A stretch of 64,000 nucleotides of DNA from the human T2T-CHM13v2.0 reference genome, Homo sapiens, in assembly GCF_009914755.1 (NCBI RefSeq), contig NC_060932.1; one strand, 5' to 3'. Under the pieces are notes generated by a model. The model ran no database searches. It was not told where the DNA came from and worked only from the letters and a program-made list of their open reading frames with translations. The translations under genes and the position numbers were made by a program. Positions 27,830-42,052 of the stretch are shown here, piece by piece. Positions within the stretch are counted from its first letter, which is position 1. Every line of letters begins with the position of its first letter.

Positions 27830-28290
27830 TTTTCCATTCTTTAGTTGTATCATCAGTTATTTAACCAACCTCCTATGTGGGACATTTGGGTAGCTTCTGA
27901 TATTTTTTCCATTACACTAATGGCTGAGATGAATATTCTTGAACATAAATCTTGTACATAAATTTGATTATTGCCTAGGATAAAGTCCTAAAACTAAAAT
28001 TACTGGCTCAAAGTGTATGAACACTTCAAGGCTGTTCATATATAAATTGCCAAATAACCAACCCTCCAGAAAGCTTGCACCAATGTATATCCCCATCAGC
28101 AGCAGTGGGTGAGGGGTGAGAACACCCATTTCTCCACATCCTCGGCAGTAAATTTCCACCAATGAGATAAGCAAAAACTTTCCATGTTTATAACTTGCAT
28201 TTCTTTGGTGGCTGTGGGGTCCACGTCTTTCCTTGTTTGTTGGGCATCAGCTCCGGCTGTATTGTGAATGTCCTATCATATTCTTCCTGT
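27830..28290 (-). mobile_element. Ancient L1M fragment
   Basis: GGACATTTGGGTAGCTTC...CTAGGATAAAGTCCTAAAACTAAAATTACTGGCTCAAAG...CCCTCCAGAAAGCTTGCACCAATGTATATCCCCATCAGCAG. Confidence 0.7.
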
Positions 28291-29097
28291 TTGTCCATCA
28301 CTATGATTGGGGATGCTGGAATTTAGGACCCCAAGGAGGCTCTGCCTGACCTTTTCAGCACTTAGCGTTGTTCCACTTGTGGTGAGGATGAGGCAGAGTC
28401 CATTCTCCATGAAAGAAAGACAGTTGCTCCCTCGATACTTAGCAAATGTCATTCCTATCAGCAACTGACCTGAAGCTGGAGGCGGTGGCTAATCCATTGA
28501 ATCATGGTGGCGCTGTGGGCATTGTCAGGTCCCTAGTTTAGAAACGCACCAGGAGCCAGGGCTGGAACTTTAGGACTAAAGGACTCTGCAAAACGTGTGA
28601 TGTCTCAGAGACATGACCTTCCTCCTGCCTCCACTTGAGGACTGAATCAGGCTGTGTTGCATGGAGCACAGCTGTGCCTCTGTTCTCCCAGGATGGGGCC
28701 TGAAAGCCCAGCATGGTAGCAGAGTCCCTGCAGCTGGTGAAGATACCCTCTGGGTGACCCTGAGGCACAGTAGGAGGAGAGAAGGGTGGCAGTCCTCACA
28801 CTTCTGGAGAGGGAGCAGTTCTCCTGGAAAGGCTGCAGCAGCCGCTGGAGGAATGAACACAAACCACACAGCCGCCTGCCATGAACTTGATCTCAGTGGT
28901 TGGAATTCATCCCTCTTTTCTGCAATTCCTCCACCTTTGCCTTTCCCATGCCTTTCTCCATTGGGAAGCAGTCTGGTCTAGCTTGAAAGTCAGTGGACCA
29001 AGTTTGGAGCACCCAGGACAGGTTAAACCCCTTTTAGCTGTTATGAGTGAATGAACAATGACACAATTCCTTTCTAGTATTTTTCATGGTATTTTGA

Positions 29098-29316
<219 letters not shown>

Positions 29317-30607
29317 AACTGCAGACTCTTTGAAAACATTTATGCCACTCCTTGTATGCCTGGCACATAGTAGGATAAATGCTTCTTGAAGGCATGAATG
29401 AGCCAAAGCATATTTCCACCACAGAAACCCGTACTTGAGCTCATCTTTGTAGCAGCTCTTCCCTTAGGAGCCATGTAGAATGCAGCAGGACTCTCAACCG
29501 TTCCCCATTGCCACTCGTGCTAGACGGAGCATTCCTCATCGCATTGCTCTGCGTGGGCTGGGGGCAGCCAGATTAAGGCTGTGTGACAGCTGCCCCCTCC
29601 CCACCCCAGGACTCGCAGAATAGCGAAATGTCTGTCTCCCCAGCTTGATGCTGCTGGGAAGAACACTTCCCGGAAAAGGAGAAAGATCTAACTACTGTAT
29701 ACCTGTGTACACCTTTGTTTATGTTATACAGATAATGACAAGCTCTGTTGGAACAAAGTCACCTTAAATTCACACAACTCTTGGTGCCAGACCCTGACAG
29801 CAGCTGAAGTGGGTGTTTGCAATAGTCACCTGCCTCAAACCAAAGCCTAGTCTGAATCAGAAATACATTCTGTAGCAAGAAATAGGTTGTTGTCACACTT
29901 TAATTGCGTGTTTTGTTGAGGGGGTGGGTAGCGCCCCAGAGCTTAAGTACTCTGGGAAGAAGCCCCACAGCACCCGTGGAGCAGAACAGAGGGCAGGTGG
30001 CTGGTGGGTCTCTGGGGCAGGACCTCCAGTTCTCATCCCCACTGGCAGCAAAGCGGCCTCCAATCAGTGGGACAGAGACCTCAGCCTCCCGGTGTGCTCC
30101 AGCACTTCTGGACACCCAGAGAGCTCTAGCCTTACTGAATAATTGAATTTCCCATCGGAAAGAGGCTCGGCTCTCTCCTCACACAAACATTAGGGCTTCT
30201 GAATATTTCAGGATTTCTGGGTTGGGTAGGGTCACTCGCTTGCCCCTTTGGATAATATAAAGCCAACGTCAGTGGCTTTGGGCACAGCCTTGTACAGAAC
30301 CGCAAAGACAGAAAGTCTCTGCGTGTGCCCTTCCTCCCCTCTGTGCCATTTTCTGCTGTATTCAATTACCTGTCTGCTTTGTGAGCAGTGATTGAGCACC
30401 TGCTGCGAGTGAGGTTCTGTGGTCTCCACCAAGAAGAGCCGGCTCAGGGAGGAGGTTGTGAAAAGACGGGTGCCGGGATTCTTGCCTGGGCCTGCCTGCT
30501 GTCAGTAATAGACTGCTCCCTGCTGTGTTGATGGGCCTCCATGAATGCGACCACTCAGGCGCCCTACCCTCGTCTTCCTGGGTCCTTTGTTTTTCAGGAT
30601 TTAAAAA

Positions 30608-30750
30608 TTTAAAAAAAATTTTTTTGGTAGAGATGGGGGGGGTCTCACTATGTTGCCCAGGTGGGTCTTGAACTCTTAGCCTCCAGCAATTCTTCCATCT
30701 CAGCCTCCCAGAGCACTAAGATCACAGGCACGAGCCTTTGCGCCCAGCCT
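30608..30750 (-). mobile_element. FLAM_C / Alu left monomer
   Basis: GGTCTCACTATGTTGCCCAGG...TCTTGAACTC...CTCAGCCTCCCAGAGCAC...GCGCCCAGCC. Confidence 0.8.
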
Positions 30751-31355
30751 GGGGCTTTTGCTATTGGCTTCCACACAGCCCCATTAACACTGGGGAAGCC
30801 TGTGGGACCACTTTTTCTTCAGGCTGTTACTGGGGCCCGAGAAAGCTCAGATTAGTGCAAAGCAAGCTCTGTAAATATCTCGCATCACCAAGTTTGATAA
30901 TTTCACCTTCTCCCTAACTCCATCCATATGCCCCCCAACACATACATTTGTTTTCCCCAGGAAGAGCCTCCAAGACAATGTTGAAAAGTTGGCCCTGCAG
31001 CCAGCTTCAGCAGGGCAGTCCTGCATAGCTGCCACTTCTACCGAGGACCACCCTCTCCAGGTTCCACGCAAGCTCATGGTGGCTGCTCCAGCCCAGCAGA
31101 CCCACTTCCTGGGAGTCATCACCCACTTGCATCTTACTGTGGCTCTTCTTCTGTGTCCCCCAGTCATCTGCCTACACAGAGAGAGCACAGCCACTGAAGC
31201 CTGAGACTCACGAAAGACGCCTGTGCTTTGAGGGGCTGCAGGGGGCTGCTTCCCAGGCAAACTTCATTGCAGAATTCTGATGTCCCTGTCTGCTTCCCAC
31301 TCAGGGAGTTAATGGGACTCCACAACAGGACTCCCAGAAGTTCTCCCTGCCTGCA

Positions 31356-31935
31356 TGTGATGGTAAATTTCATGTGTCACCTTGACTGGGCTGAGGGATG
31401 CCCAGGTAGCTGGTAAAATGTTATTTCTGGGTATGTCTGTGAGGGTGTTTCTGAATGAGATTAGCATTTGAATCAGTAGGTTGAGTAAAGAAGATCCAAT
31501 CCCTTGAGAGCCCTGTAGAACAAAAAGGCAAGGGAAGAGCAGATTACTCTTTCTCTTCTTGAACTGAAAGTTCCATCTTCTCCTCCCTGCCACGTTGGTA
31601 CTCCTGGTTTCCGGACCTTCAGATTCCAGGACTTACAAAGTCTGCCACCCAATCCAGTTCTCAGGCCTCCAGACTGGACTGGGAAGCACGCCAGCAGCCA
31701 ACCTGGTTCTCGAATCTTTGGACTCAGACTGAATTACAGCACCAGCTTCCCCAGCTTTTCAGCATGCGGATGACAGATCGCAGGACTATTCAGCCTCCAT
31801 GATCATATCAGCCAATTCCCACAATACATCCCCTCATATATATATACGTATATATGTATGATATGTACATATACCTCTATGTCAGATATAGAACTCCTAT
31901 CGGTTCTGTTCCTCTGAAGCACCCTGACTAATGTA
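31356..31935 (+). mobile_element. ERVL solo LTR (MLT2B-like)
   Basis: Starts TGTGATGGTAAATTTCATGTGTCACCTTGACTGGGCT; ends CTCCTATCGGTTCTGTTCCTCTGAAGCACCCTGACTAATGTA; internal (TA)n stretch typical of MLT2. Confidence 0.88.
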
Positions 31936-32390
31936 CTGGCCTCTCTAGTGCTGGTTCCATCAGAGAGGATCATGTAGACTCCCTGTCTCACCTGCTGCAG
32001 TCACCTATTTAGAGAACTACCGCTCACATCCCCCTGGAAGACACAGACTAAACCTCCTGGGACAAGGCCTGGAGAGAGGGGCTCTGCACATGGTCAAAGC
32101 ACATCCCTCTCTCCCTCCCTGCCCCTAAGTTTGGAGAGTAGGACTCAGACCATGACTCAACAGCAAAACTCATGTTGCCTCATCTCTCAAACCACCAAAT
32201 GATATGAGGTGAGGGATGTATGTGAGCCTGTAAAGATCCCTACTTCCTCTCCAATCGGTTTCGTGGCTCTGCAGATACTTCTTAAACAGTCACCCTCACT
32301 TCCTTGGCGTCAGGTACACACACCAGGGACCCCCAAGGCATGGTTTCTTCATTCTTACTACCCTCAGTTCCACTCCAGCTACAGTGTTAG

Positions 32391-32735
<345 letters not shown>

Positions 32736-32769
32736 TGAATATAGAAAAATCTCTAAGAGTCAAAGTGAT

Positions 32770-33133
32770 TGTATCGGTCCATTTACATGCTGCTGATAAA
32801 GAACATACCGGAGACTGAACAATGTACCAAAGAAAGAGGTTTATTGGACTTACAGTTCCACGTGGCTGGGGAGGACTCACAACCTTGGTGGAAAGTGAAA
32901 GGCATGTCACACATGGCAGTGGCAAGAGAGAGAATGAGAGCCAAGAGAAACGGGTTTCCCCTTATTAAGCCATTGGATCTCGTGAGACTTATTCACTATC
33001 ACGAGAACAGCACAGGAGAGACCTACCCCCATAATTGAATCACCTGCCACCGGGTTCCTCCCACGACATGTGGGAATTGTGGGAGTTACAATTCAAGATG
33101 AGATTTGGGCGGGGACACAGTCAAACCATACCA
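32770..33133 (-). mobile_element. THE1 (THE1B/C-like) solo LTR
   Basis: TGTATCGGTCCATTTACATGCTGCTGATAAAG...GAGATTTGGGCGGGGACACAGTCAAACCATACCA; ~365 bp. Confidence 0.92.
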
Positions 33134-34297
33134 TTGACTTAGCTCTAGTGATAAAATTATAGGTAGCCCTATTTATGGCTAGAGAACTTATGAAGCATTC
33201 CCTTACATCTCACCGCATGGACAGCTGACTCTAGCTGAAACGCCCCCATCTGAAATGCCACACTAGGCTGACTCTAACTGACCAGTTTGGTTCTCTTAAG
33301 GGTGCTTTCAATATTGTGAATCTTGCTGTCTCTCCTGGCTAAAGATATAGCCTTAACAATAAAGCTACACCCAGACCATCAGGCTATCACACCCATTGAT
33401 CTACATCTTCCTCCCTTCTTCCTTCCCACTTTGGAAGCTATAGCAATTCCCACTTTAAAGTGCAATCACCAGCCTCTAAATAATTAATCTTGTGTCAATA
33501 GGAGGGCATGCAATCTCCACACACACCTATGGTGGTCGATCTGCCCAGTGAAGGGGAGAAGCAAGTTTTTCCTATGGGGTTTCCTTGGAGCTTCAGAGAC
33601 TGAAGTTTAGGGAATGATGGGAAATTTAGGGAATGTATGTGTTTGGAAGTGACAAGGGGAGACTTCTTCTGTAGGGGAGGAGGTAGGGAGCCCCTCAGTG
33701 CTATTCCTAGGTAGCAAGTTGTAGTAACAATTGGCATCACACCCCATCACCACCATGAAACATTAATATACCAAAATTATCTCCATACCCCTTTCCCATC
33801 ATTAAAATTTTAATATTTAACTTTGTGTACTGTTCTTACAGAAGAGTGCTGAGTGATAGATTTGAAATTGGACCCCTGACATCATGAATAGCAGAAGTTA
33901 ATATCTAATGCAGCCAAAATGCTGCACAGCTTCCTGGAACCCTTAGCACCAAAGACCACCATGCACTGAGGAGCCACCTGCAGCTCTCCACACCATGAAG
34001 TGCATATGTACCCCTCCTCTCCGCATCTCGCATGACCCAGCCCATGGTGCTAAACTGACTGAGCAAGAAGCATCCAGAGCCTCTTCTGCTGGACGCATGG
34101 AACACACTCTCAAGAGATGCAGCCCAAAATAGGACTCTATGGTCAATGAAATGGAATGGGAAATGCTGCACCGTGTATCCCCTTTCTAAGGATCCATGAT
34201 GTTTATTGTTGTTGTTGTTGTTAGTGAAACCTTTTAAACAACCTTCAGGAAAATCATCCCTGTTTTTCGCAAACTTTCTAACCTTTCCCCATGAAGA

Positions 34298-34582
34298 ATT
34301 TTTTTTTTTTTTCATGAAATGGAATTTCACTCTTCTCGCCCAGGCTAGAGTGCTCACTGCAACCTCTGCCTCCTGGGTTCAAGCAATTCTCCTGCTTCAG
34401 CCTCCTCAGCAGCTGGGATTACAGGCGCCCACCCCCACACCCGGCTAATTTTTTTGTATTTTTAGTAGAGACTGGGTTTCGCCATGTTGGCCAGGCTGGT
34501 CTGGAGCTCCTGATCTCAGGTGATCCGCCCGTCTCAGCCACCCAAAGTGCTGAGATTACAGGGGTGAGCCACCGTGCCCGGC
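34298..34582 (-). mobile_element. AluS with small right-arm deletion
   Basis: CAGGCTAGAGTG joined to CTCACTGCAACC; rest is a canonical antisense Alu. Confidence 0.9.
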
Positions 34583-36433
34583 ACATAGTGACATTTTTAT
34601 TAGTGTCTTGCAGACTTGCACTCCACAAAACACACTTGGAAAAGGCTTTTCCAGAATGGTATAGGATGGTGTCTGCGACCATAGTTCTTCTGCAAATGTA
34701 GCAGTGAACTCTGCATGACTGTTTCTAGCACGTTTAATTAAAGCCAAGGGCATGATTCTCAAAATGCAATCCAAGGAAGGTAATTATGTAAGAAAACAAA
34801 TGAATATCTTTCAAGAAATTTGCCTTCTGATGGTCTGCTAAGATCACAGGTCTCAGAGTGCTTACAGGGGTGGATGGGATGTGGGACTTTGGACAGTCAC
34901 CCCTAGATGGCACTTCTCTCACCACATAATGTGGGTACTAAATGGGCAACAATTCTAGGTGAAACTCTCAGAAGAAAAACAAGAGCACCGTTATCTTACA
35001 TTGATAATTGAGGATAGGATCCAGATGCCTTGGAAACCAGAAAAGCAAATGGCGCAGATGCCATATGAGAAGTATGATCCATCTTCCTATCTGAATGGTG
35101 GTCTCCACCCTCCTCAAGGATAGGAGGCACGAAATGGTTCGGCTGCAGCCACACCAGGCTTTGGCAAGAGGTGGAAGCCATGTTTAGCCCTCCTGACTCT
35201 CCTCATTGTCACCCCATTCAGTTATTACTCACCCTACCAACTACCCAAAGACCTCAGCTTTGCTCGAATATTTTGAACTGAGTTATAGGCTGGCTGTTTT
35301 AATATGTCAGAATTATTTTATTGCCTGTTTTGTCTTCTTTTTCACAAATATTTAGTGCAGAGCTTTTAGATGCATATACTGCATGCTGATGAAGTCTGGG
35401 TTTTCAGTGTACCCATCATCCAAACAGTGAACATGGTACTCAATAGGTAATTTTTCAGTCTTCACTCCATTGTTTTGTTTTTATTAAATTGATGGAAGTC
35501 TGAAGCCATGAGTAATCGGGAGCTAGAAAGGAGAGAGAAGGAAAACAGACAAAATGTGGGTGAGGTACACCCTCCTGCACACTTGCTATTTTTGCTTAAA
35601 ACTATTTTTTCCAGTAGTCGAACCATAAATATTGGGATGATTATGATGATGGTGGTGGCTGGGTTTTAACTGAGTTCCTGCTCTGTGCTATGTACATGCC
35701 TGTCTTTAGCATGTTTTCTAAATTCCCCTGCTGGCTCCTTCTCATTTTTCTGACTTCTAAACACTGGAGTATTCCACAGACCTTTTCTCTTCTCTATCCT
35801 AATGCATTCCTTATGATCTCATGCAGTCCCAAGATCTAAAAAATTACTTACAAATTGGTGATTCCCAACTTTATATCCCAGCCCCAGTCTCTCCCCTAGG
35901 CTCAGACTCTCACATCCACCTGCCTACTCAACACCTCCATTTGGATGTTTAATAGGCACCTGCAACTTAACATGCCTCAAGCCAAACGTTTGATCTCAGC
36001 CCCCGCCACAATGGAAACAGTCTCCTTCCAGCAGATTCTTCATCTTGGTTCATGACAACTCCATTTTACTAGCTGCTCAGGACAAAGCCTTGAAGGCATT
36101 CTTTGTGTCTCACAATACACACACTCCACATCCATCCATCAGGAAGTCTTTTAGCTTCTAAATGCCAAATATATCCAGATCCTGACTATTTCTTAACACC
36201 ATCACTACTTCCATAATCCAAGCTATCACCATCTCTCACCTGAAGATGCAGCAGCCTCCCAACTGGTCTTCCTCCTTCCCCAACAGCAGTCTTAAAATCT
36301 CCTTTCCACTCAGCAGCCAGAGTGATGCTTCTAAAATGTATGTCAAGCCATGTTATTTCTCTGCTCAAAGCCTCCAATGACTGTCCATTTCCCTTAAAGT
36401 AATTATGCAAGGCCCACATGACCTGACTTCCCT

Positions 36434-36435
<2 letters not shown>

Positions 36436-36478
<43 letters not shown>
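36436..36478 (+). repeat. (CA)~21 microsatellite
   Basis: Uninterrupted AC repeat. Confidence 0.98.
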
Positions 36479-36481
<3 letters not shown>

Positions 36482-36534
36482 TCTCTACCCTCTTCTCTAC
36501 TTTCTCCTCATTCCCTCTACTCTAGACACACAGA

Positions 36535-37165
<631 letters not shown>

Positions 37166-37496
37166 TCCTCACACTGAGGGTGTCCATGCTCTCTGAACAC
37201 ACCAGGCGCTCTTCCACTTGGCATCTTTGACCTTGCTCTTGCCTGTGCCTGGACATCTACATGGAACCTCACTTTCTTCCAGTTTCTGTTCAAGTATCAC
37301 CCATCAGAGATAATTTCCTTGCCCATTCTTAAAAGATAAAAAAAAACCCTTCCCATGAACACACACACACACATCACTGTCACTCTCAATCTACTTATCC
37401 TGTTTATTTTTCTTCATAGTATTATTACCACCTGATACATCATATATTTATTTATTGAGTTTTTCACCCTCTCACATTAGAATATAAACATGCTAT

Positions 37497-37795
<299 letters not shown>

Positions 37796-37904
37796 CTAAG
37801 AGGAGAGACTTTATATTTTGTTCACTGCTTTACTTTTAGCACCTAGAATACACTTCAGTGTGGATTTACATATATTCATATTGTTCATTAAATAAATGAG
37901 TGCA

Positions 37905-38040
37905 GGTATCATGCTCCAGCTTTACAAATGAAGACGCAGAAACTCTAGAAGTGAATCACCTGCCAAACACCAGGAAGTGGTGGAGCCAGGATTTGAACCT
38001 ACGTTTCTCAGGCCCCACAGGCACAGCCCTTTCCACTGTA
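37905..38040 (-). mobile_element. MIR fragment
   Basis: TTTACAAATGAAGACGCAGAAACTCTAGAAGTGAATCACCTGCCAAAC...GTGGTGGAGCCAGGATTTGAACCT. Confidence 0.75.
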
Positions 38041-38059
38041 CCCTTATCCAGTCCCCATC

Positions 38060-39380
38060 GGGCCCCGCATGCACCATGCTCACAATAATAAGACACCCCG
38101 TGCCCACCTCCCTTCTCTTGCCTTTGGGAACAAGCAGCTGTCAGGGCTGCTGTGGGAAATGGAGAAGCAGGTGCCACAGGCAGAGGAGAAGGCCCGGCTG
38201 TTTGAGGTTGTGTGTGTGCCGTGCACCCTGCCTCCTCGGTCTCTCGTCATCAGACCAGGAATATCTGCAGCTGGCATGGATTCCAGAACCACACCCCCAC
38301 CCTCGCCGCCCGCCGCCCCCGCAAGAGGAAAAGCAGGCGCTCAGAGGAGTCTGGGCTTCCCACAGCCCTTCCGCAGCACCTCCTGTGGGCCTGCTCGCCA
38401 TGCACGCTGTTCAGGCTTCTGTATTAATTATGAGACGTGGAAAAGAGCAGGAAATCCATCTCCCTAATGCAACTCAGCTTACGACGTTTTCCACCTCAGC
38501 GATTCCATCCCTGCACTGCCAGCTCGGCGGTCCCATGAGATTCCCCATGCCTTCCGTGAGAGCAGAGCGCCCTGGGCATGGCCTGTGCCCAGAGGTGCAG
38601 GCCGCAGCAGGAACGCCCCTGATTGAGAGCTGCACCAGGCCCACCCCAGCAGCCCCCACGTGGCTGCCCCCGAGGCTGGGGCTGGGAAGAAGTAAGGGCA
38701 GCGGGGAGAAGGCTCTTGAGAAGCTTGCTAGGGCCTCCTGCAGTCTCCCCGAGGAGCACGGGCTTTCCTCAGGTCTCTCCCAAGAGCAGCAGCCGACCCG
38801 CTCTGCACACTCAGGATCAGCCCCGGAGAAGTCAAGCTGCTTCCCTTGTTCTCTGCCTCCCAGGCTCTTCCCTGAGGCCACGGGAGATTTCATCAGAAGA
38901 ATATCAGTCTATTGATATGGGTGCCGGCAGCCTTTCTCAACAGAATACCAAAGCTACAGCTCCTCTGTCCCCTGGCTGCCTCCGGGACTCTCCCGTCCTT
39001 GCCTCTGTTGACTGAGCTGTGGGCTGAGCTTTAATGTTTCAGGGCCTTCACTTGGTGGACGAGGGTGTATGTCCGAGAGACAAGGAGAAGGGAAAGAAAC
39101 ACAGTCAGGCCTCCAGCAGCGCAGCCATGGTTGCTACTTAGGATACTTCATTCCTCCCCCTTCCCGCACGGTTCCATACCCCGAGGAGACTCAACTCGCG
39201 CGTCCGGCTGTCTTCCGTGTCACACACCGATCTGAGCGCCTGGGGAAGGTTGACAGCCTGGGCCCTGGCACCACTGCTGCTACTGCGACTGCAGATTCCA
39301 TCATAGCATCTCTTCTGATGCCTCCCCTCTCCTCCATCAGCCACTGCCCGTGTGCTGCCCCACTTGTAAGCCCGTGAGTC
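38060..39380. promoter_or_regulatory. Unique GC/CpG-enriched island, candidate distal regulatory element
   Basis: No repeat recognised. CpG clusters such as CCTCGCCGCCCGCCGCCCCCGC (38301-38322) and CTCGCGCGTCCGG (~39196-39208) contrast with CpG-poor flanks. Confidence 0.5.
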
Positions 39381-39489
39381 CTAAATGATTCTGCAGGATA
39401 GTAAATGGTGTTATGTGTAGGAGGAGATTTGAAGGGTAAGCGGGACTGTAACACAAAATAGAAAAAGCTGAGTTTGGTAAAGACGAGTG

Positions 39490-39662
39490 GGTTCTTTACA
39501 GCAGAACTTCTCAGAGCCTTTAAATATACATGCAGATTGTGAATTCCCCAGAGGAAAATAGAGTAGTCATGTTCCCCTAACTTATTTTACAAGAGAGTGC
39601 GTTTTTCAAGGCACTTTTCGTTGAATAGGGCTTCTGAGCCCTATTTCATGAAACATCACTGC
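39490..39662 (-). mobile_element. hAT-Charlie MITE fragment (MER103C-like)
   Basis: GAACTTCTCAGAGCCTTTAAATATACATGCAGATTGTGAATTCCCCAGAGG...TTCCCCTAACTTATTT resembles the remembered antisense consensus. Confidence 0.55.
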
Positions 39663-40809
39663 AGGCACTTGGCAGCCACCGACAACACAAAAATTGGCAG
39701 GAGGCATGGGGGGGACTGGGAAACGCTGGTAGCATCTCCCTTCTGGTGAGACAGAGAATCCCGCATTCAGAAGAGCAAGACACCGGGCCCTTACAGCCCC
39801 CCTTCCAACACCGGTCTACCCTCTTGAAGGAGTTGCATGCGTGTGTGTGTGTACCTGTGTATGTGCCTGTGTATGCATGTGTGTGTGCATGTGTGTGTAG
39901 ACAGAAAGAACGAGGGAGATGAAGGATGCACGCTGCTCATGAGGGTGTGTGACGTGGGCACCAGAGAGGACAGAGAACAGCAAAAAGAGGGGAGAGGAGC
40001 TGGAGAAACAGCAGAGGAGGCAGTGACTTTCTGAGAGGTACCTGGAAACGCCCCCCACTCTCCCTTCACATCCTAAGTCCTTTAGAAGAGTGGGGAGAGG
40101 AAATCAGAAGAGAGCAGAAGGAAATGATTGAAGGTTTCTCCTAAAGTTAAACAGTTTTCTTCCTTCATTCTGTAAAGCGAGTGTGAGGAACGGAAGGAAG
40201 CATTTCCACACTTTTTTGTTCCTCTCCGCCTTTACTGACCGTCTAGCATGGGTCTAGTCTTGAGTCAGGTCCTGCGAGGAATGAAAGTATGGACCTAGTT
40301 GCTGCTTTCAAAGAGCTGGCAACGTTGTTGGAATGACAAGACCACACAAGGGAGAACAATTAGAGAACAAGAAGAGACTTAATCAAGAACAGAAAGGGAG
40401 GGTGCTGACTGCTAGCAGAGGGAAGGCAGTGTGCACGGAGGTGGGAGGAAGGGCGTCTCAGAGGACACCAAGGAAGACGCTAGGAAGAGAAGGCATTCCC
40501 TGTGGAATCACATCACAGAGGCTCCCTCAGGGCCTCCATCTGTCCAAAGCAAGGTCGTTGGGAGTGGGCCACATCCACCTGGAGGCAGCAGCGTATGGTG
40601 AGAAAACAGGAACAGAGCTGGGCAGCTCTGCTGGGTCATCTTGGGCCTTAGCAGGAGGTTGGAGGGACAGTGACGGCTTAGGCCACATCCCCTACAGGCA
40701 CCCTTGGGCCTAGTAGGCAGAGGGGCTACGGCCATGTATTGGTAGCACAAGGCGATGGTCAGAAGGTCAACCATGTGACCCTCATCTCTTTTCCATCTGC
40801 CTAATGGGA

Positions 40810-41170
40810 ATGTTATGGAATGAATTGTGCCTCCTACCCCAAAGCATATATGTTGAAGTCTTAACCCCCAGTAACTGTGAATGTCACTTTATTTAGAGAT
40901 AGGGTCTCCAAGTTAAAATGAGGTCATTACGGTGAGTCCTAATCCAATGACAGCCATTGTTCTCATAAGAGGAGTTTAGAACACAGATACATGCAGAGGA
41001 AAGACCCCGTGAAGACACGGGGAGAAGACGGCCATCTGCAAGCCAAACAGAGAGGTCTCAAAAGAAACCGACCCTGCAGGTCGGTTTCCTTGATCCCGGA
41101 CCTCCAGCCTCCAGAACTGTAGGAAAATGTCTACTGTTTCAGTTCCCAACACTATAGTGCTTTTTTATGG
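40810..41170 (+). mobile_element. MLT1B-like solo LTR
   Basis: TGTTATGGAATGAATTGTG...AGTTAAAATGAGGTCATTA...CCTAATCCAATGAC...CTCCAGCCTCCAGAACTGT. Confidence 0.85.
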
Positions 41171-41923
41171 AGAGGGATCGAATGCCAGGCAGAGGGGGGT
41201 GGAGTAAGGTGGTGTAGACAACAAAAGAGAAGGCAGTAGGGGCTGAGAGCCCACTTAGACCAAATAGTTCAGGCTTCTAGGATGCAGTGTACTCATTTTT
41301 AAAATGTAGGGAAGGATTTCTTACCCCATGTGGCCTCCATAAGAATGAAATGAACAAAATGACACCAGAGAAGCTCTGCCTGCGCTCAAGGAGGGGCGGT
41401 CTCCCACTGTCCCTGGTCCTGGAGGGAGGGTGGAGGCCAACACAGACAGACTGGAGTCCCGTTTCACACAAGGAGACACCACAGTTTGTTGGCAGCATGT
41501 TTGCCTGGATGCCATATTTCTCAAACGGTGGTTTAGCACAAATTAAATCATTCCTGACTCAGGAAAGATGTGGTCTTGAAGCCGGGAGTAGAGTGTGAGG
41601 CAGTCTCAGCAGTGAAGACCCCAGGGGAGTGGGAGCAGGGGGTCAAGTGGTTATCAGGGCTCTGGGACTGCCAAGGACGACAAAGCAAGTGGAGACTCTG
41701 AGCAGTTATTGATGCTTGGGACATGAAGACGAAAGGAGGAGACCAGAAGTTAAAAGGAGTTGCCAGGAAAAAAAAAAAAGAAACTGAAAAATGTCACTTT
41801 CATGAAAACTGAAAGAGGAAAGAGTTTATTTAAGGAGTGGGAGTTTTAAATCCTACAGAGACAACAGAGAGAATGAGAATGAGAGCAAGAAAGGCTGAGA
41901 GGCTGCCATCAGAAGTCATTCAG

Positions 41924-42052
41924 GGCTGGGCACAGTGGTTCATGCCTGTAATCCCAGCACTTCGGGAGGCTGAGGCAGGAAAGATCACTTGAGCCCAGGA
42001 GTTGGAGACCAGCCTGGGCAACATAGGGAGACCATGTCTCTAAAAAATAAAA
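41924..42052 (+). mobile_element. FLAM_C / Alu left monomer
   Basis: GGCTGGGCACAGTGGTTCATGCCTGTAATCCC...GGCAACATAGGGAGACCATGTCTCTAAAAAA. Confidence 0.88.

Noticed and set aside
33205-33228. Possible RE1 site ...CATGGACAGC
   Set aside because: Left half does not match TCAGCACC and the spacing is off.
37977-38915. 312-aa ORF, the longest in the window
   Set aside because: Starts at a GTG inside a MIR; Pro/Ser/Arg/Cys-rich low-complexity translation with no recognisable domain; overlapping ORFs in several frames reflect GC-rich stop scarcity.
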